Shown: in pieces, positions 1 through 15,347 of the stretch
Layout of the letters: the number at the start of each line of letters is the position of its first letter
How positions within the stretch are numbered: the stretch's first letter is position 1
From: Dehalococcoidia bacterium
GTDB lineage: Bacteria > Chloroflexota > Dehalococcoidia > Bin125
DNA: 36,807 bases
Assembly: GCA_963577225.1 (NCBI GenBank)
Contig: CAUYZA010000003.1
Location: forward strand, 1-36,807
Reading direction: 5' to 3'
The notes under the pieces: model-generated
Databases searched by the model: none
The model's input: only the letters and a program-made list of their open reading frames with translations
What the model was told of the DNA's origin: nothing
Translations under genes and position numbers: made by a program

Positions 1-5761
<5,761 letters not shown>

Positions 5762-5789
5762 TCCGTCCGCGCGGGCGGAACGAACGATC

Positions 5790-5815
5790 GGGACGGGGCC
5801 TGGCCCTGCCCTTTT
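5790..5815 (+). terminator. Probable intrinsic terminator of rpoBC
   Basis: GC-rich imperfect hairpin GGGACGGGGCCTGGCCCTGCCC followed by TTTT, about 30 nt after the rpoC stop. Confidence 0.6.
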
Positions 5816-5841
5816 CGATCGGACACGAGGGGAGCCAGAGC

Positions 5842-6582
5842 GTGACACAGCACGAGCTCGACATACGCCGCGCGAGGGAGCGCTTCCAGACTGAGACTGG
5901 CTGGCTGGACTCGCGCCACTCGTTTCCCTTCGGGCCGCACCGAGACCGCGACAACACACCACGGGTCTCTTGCTGGTCAGCAACGACGACGCCGTGGAGG
6001 CCGGCAGCGGCTTCGAGACCCATCTGCATCGCGACATGGAGATCGTGACCTGGGTCTTGGGAGGGGAATTGGAGCATCGTGACTCGATCGGGAACAGCGG
6101 CCTGATCCACCCCGGTTTGGCGCAGCGAATGAGCGCCGGACGCGGCATCCTTCACTCCGAGATCAATCCGCTGGGCGACGCGCCGGTGCGATTCGTGCAG
6201 ATGTGGGTGGTGCCAGATACGGAGTCGATCGAGCCTGGATACGCCCAGCGGGACGTTGAGCGGGAGTTGGCCTCGGGCGAGCTGTTTCCGGTCGCATCAG
6301 GAGCCGCGGGGAGTTCTCGGCCGCGAGGCCGCGATCCGCATCCGCCAGCAAGGCGCCACGCTGTGGGCGGGCCGTCTGCGGCCCGGCTCCAGGATGAGCT
6401 TGCCGCGCGCCGCCTACGGCCACCTCTTCGTCGCGCGTGGAGTGGTCACGCTGGAGGGCGCGGGCCGTTTGGAGCAAAGCGACGCCGTGCGCTTGACGGC
6501 CTCGGATGCGGAGTCGCTCGTGGCGCACGAGGAGCGTGCCGAGGTCCTGTGTTGGCAGATGGACAGCTCGCTCTCGGATTGA
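5842..6582 (+). pseudogene. Pirin family (bicupin) protein, interrupted by two frameshifts (pseudogene or sequencing error)
   Basis: Three consecutive ORF pieces join into one pirin: GWLDSRHSFPFG (5842 frame); LLVSNDD..GFETHLHRDMEIVTWV..QRMSAGRGILHSE..FVQMWV (5970 frame); AAIRIRQ..HLFVARG..DAVRLT (6256 frame). GTG start with GAGGGGAG SD. Confidence 0.88.
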
Positions 6583-6630
6583 GCTCGGGCGCGCCGTGTG
6601 GGCAGCCAGGAGACCGCGCGGCGGGCAACG

Positions 6631-6659
6631 AAAAGAGCGGGGCTCGAAAGCCCCGCTCT
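6631..6659 (-). terminator. Intrinsic terminator of groESL
   Basis: Perfect 10-bp stem AGAGCGGGGC/GCCCCGCTCT with a 6-nt loop, running into a T tract on the minus strand, about 50 nt after the groEL stop. Confidence 0.85.
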
Positions 6660-6709
6660 GAAATCGTACCGCTGGCGACCGTTGCGGGCCGCCCGCTTCC
6701 TGCGAAGCG

Positions 6710-8377
<1,668 letters not shown>

Positions 8378-8415
8378 TTACCGCCGTGGGCTCGGCCGGC
8401 GGCCGGCCGAGCAGC

Positions 8416-8724
8416 CTAGATCAGCACCTTGGCCAGGATCTCGCGCTCTTCGAGCACGATCAGATCTTCGTTCTCGATCTTGATCTCTTGTCCGGTGTAC
8501 TTCTTGTAGAGAATGCGATCGCCGATCGCGACCTCAAGCGGGATGCGTGCGCCGCTGTCGTCGCGCTTGCCGGGGCCACAGGCGATGATCTCGCCCTGCT
8601 GCGGCTTCTCCTTGGCCGTGTCGGGGATCACGATCCCGCTGGCCAGAACCTGTTCCTGCTGCACCGGCTTGATCACGAGGCGGTCGCCCAGCGGCTCCAG
8701 CGTCGTGCCCTTTTTCTTCGCCAT
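8416..8724 (-). CDS. groES: Co-chaperonin GroES
   Basis: LEPLGDRLVIKP, SGIVIPDTAKEKPQQG, GDRILY; 102 aa, directly upstream of groEL. Confidence 0.99.
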   Translation of the reverse strand: MAKKKGTTLEPLGDRLVIKPVQQEQVLASGIVIPDTAKEKPQQGEIIACGPGKRDDSGARIPLEVAIGDRILYKKYTGQEIKIENEDLIVLEEREILAKVLI

Positions 8725-8836
8725 GTTGAATGCCCTCGGTCACTACAGGACGCGGCACTCGCGCCGCGTCTCTCCGGATGTGTGTCGAACGTCGGTGGCG
8801 CCTGGACTGAGAGCGCAGGCAGCACATAAGGCTGCG

Positions 8837-8863
8837 CTGGCACTCTCCTTGTCTGAGTGCTAA
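8837..8863 (-). promoter_or_regulatory. CIRCE element (HrcA operator)
   Basis: Minus strand reads TTAGCACTC-agacaagga-GAGTGCCAG, against consensus TTAGCACTC-N9-GAGTGCTAA; it lies just downstream of the groES promoter. Confidence 0.96.
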
Positions 8864-8876
8864 GCCGACCGTATGC

Positions 8877-8905
8877 ATCCTATCGAGCGGATTTTTTTTA
8901 GTCAA
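8877..8905 (-). promoter_or_regulatory. Sigma70/SigA promoter of groESL
   Basis: Minus strand TTGACT (8905-8900), 17-nt spacer, TAGGAT (8882-8877), 13 nt upstream of CIRCE. Confidence 0.88.
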
Positions 8906-9045
8906 TTCGACGATTCGCCGTGCGCGGGGGTGGGGCCAGACCGCGCGGGTCCGGCCGGCTTGCTGAGCCGGTCGACGGCTGGCACGCACCGGATCCTCCT
9001 GGATCCTCTGTGCCACGGCACACGGAAACGTGTATCGTCGTGAAG

Positions 9046-9315
9046 ATGTATGCAAAGCGTGGGCGACGTGAGCGGGACCGCGAATGGGACGCCGAACTGG
9101 TGCTCCGCCTGCGGCGGCACCTGGCCATGACGCAGCGCGAGTTCGCGACAGAACTGAACGCGCGCCAACAGACGGTCTCGGAGTGGGAGACGGGGCGCTA
9201 CCGCCCGCGCGGACCATCGGCCAGGCTGCTGACGTTGATCGCGGAGGAAGCGACGTTCGGCTACCAAGCGGATGATGGGGCGGCCGGTGAAGTGCCATCG
9301 GATGCGAACCGGTGA
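9046..9315 (+). CDS. XRE-family helix-turn-helix protein (89 aa)
   Basis: LRRHLAMTQREFATELNARQQTVSEWETGRYRPRG is a typical XRE/HTH_3 motif. ATG 9046 lies 7 nt after a TATCGT hexamer. Confidence 0.88.
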   Translation: MYAKRGRRERDREWDAELVLRLRRHLAMTQREFATELNARQQTVSEWETGRYRPRGPSARLLTLIAEEATFGYQADDGAAGEVPSDANR

Positions 9316-10597
9316 GCGACGGACGGCCGTCTTCGTGATCGGTGGATCCCTGCCCGGCCGCCGCGCCGACGGCGAAACGCAAGTGATGCTGCAGCGGCGT
9401 TGGGCTGGGGCCGAGTTTCCGGCCTGGATCAGCACGGCGAGCGGAGAACGGCTCCGGCTGCTCTATCCAGGTACGTGGAACCTTGGCCCCGGCCCGGACT
9501 TTCGCGACGCGCGGCTGCTCGCTGAATCTGGTCACCTGCTGCGTGGCGATGTCGAACTGCACCGGCGTGAACGCGATTGGGTCGCGCACGGTCATGACCG
9601 CGATCCGGCCTATGCGGAGGTGGTGCTGCATGTCTTGGGTGCGGGGCGCCGGAGGCTGTGCGAGGGCTCCGCCCCAGAGGAAGAGATTCGAGCCGCGAAG
9701 GCGGGCACGGGACCGGCTCGCGTGATCGTGCTGCCGGCGATCGCCTCGGAACGACCGCCGGCCGTGCCCAGCGCTCGTTTGCCCTGCCACGATGTCGTGC
9801 GCCGTGGCGGGCGTGCGGCCGTTGAGGCCCGTTTGCAGCGACTGGCCGTCGAGCGCCGGCGACGCAAGGTGGCATCGTTGCGCTGGCCAAGCGGGACCGG
9901 CCGGGCCGCGTCAGCGGACGATGTGGCCTATCGGGCTCTGCTGGGCGCGTTGGGTCAGGCAGACAACCGCGCCGCGTTGGAGCGTCTGGCGCTGCCGCTG
10001 ACCGAGCTGCGAGGTCTGGATCGCAACATGATCTCCGAGCGTTTGCTTGTCGAGGCCGAGCGCCTGGAGCGGGCGTCCGTGGTTCGCTGGGAGCGCCGCG
10101 GTCGCCCCGCCAACCGCCTCGAGGCACGGCTCTCCGCGGCGGCGGCGTTGCTCGCCGAGATGCTTCCGGAGCTGGCCCGCAAACTGACCGGGTTGGCCTT
10201 CCTGGAGCCGCGTGAGGCGGTGGGCGCGCTGCGAGTGCCCGGCCTGCTGGGTCCCGGGCGCGCGTCGCAACTGCTGGTCGACTGCTGCTATCCGCTCGCC
10301 CTGGCATACCCGGACCTGGTTGCGCGGTCCGGCGCTGGAGAGCGGACCGGTCGGTCGACCGCGTGGGGGCTCATGCAGCGTTGGCTGGATCTGCCCGGCG
10401 CGAAATACCAGCACACGGCGTCGCTGCGGACACGCCTCGCCGACCAGGGGCACAACTCCTGGCGAAATGGAGCGAGCCAGGCCTTGCTCGATCTGCAAAG
10501 CGACCACTGCCGCCTGGGCGGCTGCGCCGTTTGCCCCCTCGGACGGCTGGCGCGGGAGCCGGTGGCGCGTTCGGCCCGGCCCAGCACGAACATCTGA
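9302..10597 (+). CDS. DUF2851 family protein
   Basis: YPGTWNLGPGPDFRDARL, GDVELH, DWVAHGHDRDPAYAEVVLHV, GRPAN, SQALL and terminal CxxxxCxxCPL match DUF2851 as I recall it. Start uncertain (9272, 9302 or later). Confidence 0.85.
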   Translation: MRTGERRTAVFVIGGSLPGRRADGETQVMLQRRWAGAEFPAWISTASGERLRLLYPGTWNLGPGPDFRDARLLAESGHLLRGDVELHRRERDWVAHGHDRDPAYAEVVLHVLGAGRRRLCEGSAPEEEIRAAKAGTGPARVIVLPAIASERPPAVPSARLPCHDVVRRGGRAAVEARLQRLAVERRRRKVASLRWPSGTGRAASADDVAYRALLGALGQADNRAALERLALPLTELRGLDRNMISERLLVEAERLERASVVRWERRGRPANRLEARLSAAAALLAEMLPELARKLTGLAFLEPREAVGALRVPGLLGPGRASQLLVDCCYPLALAYPDLVARSGAGERTGRSTAWGLMQRWLDLPGAKYQHTASLRTRLADQGHNSWRNGASQALLDLQSDHCRLGGCAVCPLGRLAREPVARSARPSTNI

Positions 10598-10686
10598 ACG
10601 GCTCTTGGTGAAGTGGTGGGCCGAGTTGGGGTTTGGCGCGAGGCGCCGCCCGGAAGTTCGTGCGATCGGCCAGTGCGCGAGTTCGT

Positions 10687-11781
10687 TCAAGATCCGGGAC
10701 TGAAGACGGCGTCGCCCGACGTGCTGAAGAGGTCCCAACTCAGTTCGGCAGCGCCGGGACCCTCGGCGACGAGCCCCTCCGCCGAGGCGAAGCGGTGGAA
10801 GGCCGCCGCCCCGATCATGGCCGCGTTGTCGGTGCAGAGCGACGGCGGCGGCACCCGCAGCGGAACGGGGCAGCGCTCGGCCAGCAGCGCTCGCAGCGGG
10901 CCGTTGGCGGCGACGCCGCCGGCCACGATCACGGCTTCGGCGCGGAACTCGGCCGCGGCCTCGGCGGTCTTGGCCGAGAGCACGTCGATCACGGAGGCTT
11001 GGAAACGATCGGCCAGCAAGGCGATCTCCGGCTGCGACAGCTCGCCGCCGAGGTCGTCGCGCACGCGGTGCAGCACGGCGGTCTTGAGCCCACTGAAGGA
11101 GAAGTCCCAACTGCCGCGAAGCCAGGCGCGGGGTAAGTCCTGGTAGGACGGCGGGCGCGCTTCACCTGCGCTGACGGACGCGGAGGGGTCGGCGTCGCGG
11201 GCCACCCGCTCGATTGCCGGGCCGCCGGGAAAGGGCAGTCCCAGCAGCCTGCCGACCTTGTCGAAGGCCTCGCCGGCGGCGTCATCGCGGGTTTGGCCGA
11301 GACGACTGAAGTCGCCGTGATCGCGCATGAGCAAGAGCTCGGTGTGGCCGCCGCTGACGACGAGGCAAATCAGCGGGAAGGGAGGTGCGTCGCCGCCATG
11401 CGGGTCCAGCGCCGGGGCCAACCAGTTGGCGTAGAGGTGTCCTTCGATGTGGTGGACCGGCAGGCAGGGCTTTTGCAAGGCCCAGGCCAAGGCCTTGGCG
11501 CAGTTGACGCCAACGAGCAACGAGCCGCCGAGGCCGGGGCCCTGCGTGACGGCGATCGCGTCGATTGCGGACCAGCTCAGACGCGCTTGCGCCAGCGTGT
11601 GCTCCAGCACGGGGACCACGGCGCGCAGGTGTTCCCGCCCGGCGATCTCGGGCACGACGCCGCCGTAGCGGGCGTGCACGTCCTGCTGCGAGGCGACGAC
11701 GGAGGCCAGCACGTCGCGCCCATCCGCGATCACGGCGGCGGCGAACTCGTCGCAGGAGGACTCCAAGGCCAGGATCTTCAT
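10687..11781 (-). CDS. tsaD: tRNA N6-adenosine threonylcarbamoyltransferase TsaD
   Basis: ILALESSCDE, YGGVVPEIA, GPGLGGSL, HHIEGH, VSGGHT, TRDDAAGEAFDKVGR, FSFSGLKT, CTDNAAMIG. Confidence 0.98.
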   Translation of the reverse strand: MKILALESSCDEFAAAVIADGRDVLASVVASQQDVHARYGGVVPEIAGREHLRAVVPVLEHTLAQARLSWSAIDAIAVTQGPGLGGSLLVGVNCAKALAWALQKPCLPVHHIEGHLYANWLAPALDPHGGDAPPFPLICLVVSGGHTELLLMRDHGDFSRLGQTRDDAAGEAFDKVGRLLGLPFPGGPAIERVARDADPSASVSAGEARPPSYQDLPRAWLRGSWDFSFSGLKTAVLHRVRDDLGGELSQPEIALLADRFQASVIDVLSAKTAEAAAEFRAEAVIVAGGVAANGPLRALLAERCPVPLRVPPPSLCTDNAAMIGAAAFHRFASAEGLVAEGPGAAELSWDLFSTSGDAVFSPGS

Positions 11782-11905
11782 AGCGACTAGCGTACGGCTG
11801 AGCGCGCGCGCGCGCTGTGCCGTTTTCCGTCCGCTGAGTGGACGGTACTCAGGGCGGGCGGTGTCCCGACTCTGCCGGGCGGAGGAAGAGCCACTGGATC
11901 TTGGG

Positions 11906-14689
11906 CTAGCGCGCGAGGCGGTCGGGCAGGTCGGCTACGAGCAGGTCGGAGGCCGTCACGAAGTAGACGCGTTGATCGAGTTCATCGACGTGGACGCCGC
12001 GCACGCCTTCCAGCTGCGGATCGCGGAGCTGCGCCACAATCTCGCCGCTGTGCGTCAGCACCAACACGCGGTTATTGCCACGGTCTGTCAGGTAGACGAG
12101 GTCACTCAGCTTGCCGATCGAGAGCGAGGCGGGAACGAGGAGGGGGCGGTCCAGATCGAGCGGAAAGCCCTGGTCCTGCCCGTCGCTGAAGCGGCGGACG
12201 CGCCCGTCGGCGCTGGTGACGAGGAAGGTGGCGCCAACGTTGTCGTCGTCGACGATCGTCAGATCCGTGGCCCGGGCGAGGTCCGTGCGGTCGATCGCGG
12301 GGATCCCGAGACCAAGGCTGCCATCCAGCTGAAACGGAAACAGCCAGATCACGCCGCTGCTGTCGAGCAGGTAGAGCCCCGCTTCGTTGGCGGTGACTGC
12401 GCGGGCAGAACCGATCACTTCGGGGTTTTGCAAGAAGTAGGCCTCGGTTCCGCTCGCCTCCGTGATGCGGAAGAGTTGGCCCGTCTCGTCGAGCACGCTG
12501 AGCGAGGCGTCACGGCTGGTCGCGGTCCATTCGATCCCGATCGGCGTGGCGGCGGTGAGTCTGGCGAACTCGCCGATCACGAGATACTGCTCGCCCGCGG
12601 CGAAGACGGTGCGACTGATCCCCGTCGCAAAGTCGAGCGCGACCACCGTGCCGCCCGCCTCATCCAGCGTGTAGGCCACGCCGCCGCCGATCTCGATCGC
12701 GGAGAGTGCAGCTTGCCCGCCAAAGGCGCGTAGCACCTGTATGCCGGGCGGCTGCACGATCGCGTTGACCTGGCGCAGCGCTGTCTCGATCTCTTGCTGG
12801 AGGACCAGCGCGTTGGGGTCGAGCGGTTGCAAGGCCAGGGCCGACTCTGAGGCACCCGCGGCGCGTTGGAGTTCGAAGCGCGTCCCGGCGGGGTCGGACG
12901 TGAGTGTGGCGGCTGTCAGCCCGTCGCGCGCCTGTTCGACGAAGCGGTCGAACTCGTCGCGCTCGGAGTCGCTGACCAGTTCCGGCACCAGCAAGGCTCC
13001 GGCGACGGCCACCAGCGCGATCAGAAGGGCCCCCAGCCCGAGCAGGACCGCCCCCCAGCCGGGGCTCGTCCTGTCGTCAGCGCTGGGATCGCGCTGAGCG
13101 GCGCGACGTCGGAAGCTGGGAATCGATCCAGTCAGGCCGAAGAGCGGATGGGTGACCTGCGAGGCGTCGACCTGTCCGGCGGTATCCAGCACGGGAGCGG
13201 CGCGCGAGGAGAACGGGTTGATCGGCCAGGGGCCGTCCGCGGGCGCGAAGCGATATTCCTGCACGCGTCCCCCAGGGCTCTCGGCCTGGTCGCCGTCGCC
13301 GCCGGTGTTGGCGTCGTCGAGGGAGAGTTGCGGAGCGGCGTCCGCCGGGTCGGCGGCTGTGGGCTCGACAGGAGGTGCGGGGGGAGGTGGGGGCTCATCG
13401 TCGGCGTAGCTTCGATCGTCGTTGGTGTCGTCCGCGTCCGCCGCGTCTGCCAGCGGCTCGTCCGAGGCCGCCTCGGTGTTCGCATCGTCTTGGGCTTCGG
13501 TTGGGGTTCCGTCCGGCGCTTCCTCTGGGGCTGCTGGATCCGGCTCCGTAGCGATCGAATCCGCTTGCGGTTCGCCGGGCTCCGCTTCGTCCATCGCCCA
13601 GGGATCGTTGCGCCGTCGGCGTTCGAAGAGGCGGCTGGCGGCCCCCCGCAACGACGCCAGTGCCGCGCCCACCCCACCGGTCGGCGCTGGGACGGGCGAG
13701 TCGGCGGCTTCCGGCACGGGCGGCGTCCGCAGTTCGCTCGATGAGAGTTCGGCGGCCGGTTCGGAATTTGGGGCGTTCGCGGCCGCCTCCGAAGCCGGAG
13801 CCGGAGCGAGTTCCTCCGTCACGTCGCTCGGATCGAGTTTGGCTGGCGACGGATGGTCGTCGGCTACGTCCTTTGGGTCTCGGGCCTCGTTCGTGTCGGG
13901 GTTTGTATCTGGGTCCGGTTGCACGGCGTCCGCCGTGTCGTCCTCGTCGCCGGCGCCCTGCAGGCTGTCCGGATCTTCGCCTGAGTCCTTGCTGGGCGAC
14001 GCCGCCTCGCCCGGCCGGGGCACCGAGCTGGTTGGGTCCTCCGTCATGGGGGCGACGACGAGCGCCGAGATGCGGTCCATCCCGCGCAGGTGCGGGTAGA
14101 GAGCCGGCAGGACATCTTCCGGACCCAGAGCGCGCAGCGCGGCGGCGACCTGGTCGGGCAAGGCCTGGCCGGCGTTGCTGCTGATCAGCAGTGCCCACTC
14201 GCCCGGCTGGAGATCGAGCTGGGAGAATTCCGGGGCGGCGACTTCACTGGTGCCCAGCGGCGCGCTGGCGCGCTCGGAGGAGGGACGCCGGCGCAGCAAG
14301 CGCTGCCCCTCGCGGTAATAGACGAGGCTGGGGCCGATTTGGGCCAGGAACCAGTCGTCGTCACGCTGAATCAGACAGCTCAGGCCGTAGCTGGCCTGAT
14401 CCCGTGGCAGCGAGTTGCGGTTCCAATCGAGCAGGTCCAGGTGGCGCTCCCGGATCGCGCGCTGGATCAGGCCAGTCAACGAGCCGCTGCTGGCGACGAA
14501 CTCCTCGCCGATATCGGTCACGAGATCGGCGATGAACTGTTCGCTTCCGGGTCGGTCGGGTTCGGCCAAAAGGTAGAGACGCGCCGTGCGACCGGCGTCG
14601 TCGAGCCGTTCGGCGTACGCGATTTCGGGCGCGTCCTCGCTCGCTTCGCCGCCGGCGATGTGTAGCTGCGCCGTCCAAACTTCAGCCAT
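11906..14689 (-). CDS. Large single-pass membrane protein: degenerate PP2C-like N-terminal domain, acidic linker, TM helix, C-terminal beta-propeller-like region
   Basis: Long ORF with clear segment structure; hydrophobic WGAVLLGLGALLIALVAVAGALLVP; repeated YTLD/YLLD/YLTDRGNNRVLV strands resembling NHL-type blades. ATG 14689 is 7 nt after TACGTT. Confidence 0.8.
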   Translation of the reverse strand: MAEVWTAQLHIAGGEASEDAPEIAYAERLDDAGRTARLYLLAEPDRPGSEQFIADLVTDIGEEFVASSGSLTGLIQRAIRERHLDLLDWNRNSLPRDQASYGLSCLIQRDDDWFLAQIGPSLVYYREGQRLLRRRPSSERASAPLGTSEVAAPEFSQLDLQPGEWALLISSNAGQALPDQVAAALRALGPEDVLPALYPHLRGMDRISALVVAPMTEDPTSSVPRPGEAASPSKDSGEDPDSLQGAGDEDDTADAVQPDPDTNPDTNEARDPKDVADDHPSPAKLDPSDVTEELAPAPASEAAANAPNSEPAAELSSSELRTPPVPEAADSPVPAPTGGVGAALASLRGAASRLFERRRRNDPWAMDEAEPGEPQADSIATEPDPAAPEEAPDGTPTEAQDDANTEAASDEPLADAADADDTNDDRSYADDEPPPPPAPPVEPTAADPADAAPQLSLDDANTGGDGDQAESPGGRVQEYRFAPADGPWPINPFSSRAAPVLDTAGQVDASQVTHPLFGLTGSIPSFRRRAAQRDPSADDRTSPGWGAVLLGLGALLIALVAVAGALLVPELVSDSERDEFDRFVEQARDGLTAATLTSDPAGTRFELQRAAGASESALALQPLDPNALVLQQEIETALRQVNAIVQPPGIQVLRAFGGQAALSAIEIGGGVAYTLDEAGGTVVALDFATGISRTVFAAGEQYLVIGEFARLTAATPIGIEWTATSRDASLSVLDETGQLFRITEASGTEAYFLQNPEVIGSARAVTANEAGLYLLDSSGVIWLFPFQLDGSLGLGIPAIDRTDLARATDLTIVDDDNVGATFLVTSADGRVRRFSDGQDQGFPLDLDRPLLVPASLSIGKLSDLVYLTDRGNNRVLVLTHSGEIVAQLRDPQLEGVRGVHVDELDQRVYFVTASDLLVADLPDRLAR

Positions 14690-14864
14690 GACACTCAACG
14701 TAGGTTCCCGGCGGTGCCTCTGTCACCTGCAGAGGCCGCATCCGGCCACAAGGATGTCGGTAGGTGTGGTGGGGGAGTCGCCGCCGCCGAGTAGCGGAAA
14801 TGGGGCGACGAGACCGGCAAAGCGCCGTATACTCGCGGCTCCTCGACAGTTCTGCGGGCATGTG

Positions 14865-15320
14865 ATGACAGAATCCGGCATCGATCCCCAGTCGCGCCTG
14901 CGCTACGCAGACGATATTCTGTCGACCGCGGCGCAGCAGCTGGAGAGCCTGCTGCGCGAGGCTGCGCAGCTCCTGCGCCCGTTCCCGCCCTTTCCCGGCG
15001 CCTTTTTTACCTACGGCGTGGAAGTGGAAGTGGCGCAAGTGCAGGACACCAGCGTTGGCTGTGTCGTCGTCACGGAGGACGGCTCGTTGATGGAGTTGCA
15101 GATCAGCCTTGACGACGACCCGTCCCTCGGGCAGGCCGATCCGGTTTCGATGCGGGATGAACAGCTCGTCGAGGTTGAGCTGGCGCCGCATGACCGACTG
15201 CTCTTCGCGTATGAGGGGCTGCGCCTGATCACGGGCTTGCTCCGCGAAGCGCGCCTGACGGCCCGGGAAGCGGGCAGTGAACAAGAGGCGTCCAAGCCGG
15301 CGGGCGGCCAGACTGAGTAG
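14865..15320 (+). CDS. Hypothetical protein (151 aa)
   Basis: Globular-looking translation (LRPFPPFPGAFFTYGVEVE..GCVVVTEDGSLMEL); TATACT -10-like hexamer at 14828-14833; fills the gap before the TPR gene. Confidence 0.75.
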   Translation: MTESGIDPQSRLRYADDILSTAAQQLESLLREAAQLLRPFPPFPGAFFTYGVEVEVAQVQDTSVGCVVVTEDGSLMELQISLDDDPSLGQADPVSMRDEQLVEVELAPHDRLLFAYEGLRLITGLLREARLTAREAGSEQEASKPAGGQTE

Positions 15321-15347
15321 AGTCGGGCAAGACGAGCGAGGGTCTTG

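Noticed and set aside
8752-8778. Possible second CIRCE (GGCACTC at 8754-8760)
   Set aside because: Half-site only; no GAGTGC arm at 9-nt spacing.
8534-9790. 418-aa minus ORF across groES, its promoter and HTH/DUF2851
   Set aside because: Arg/Pro-rich off-frame composition; conflicts with better-supported features.
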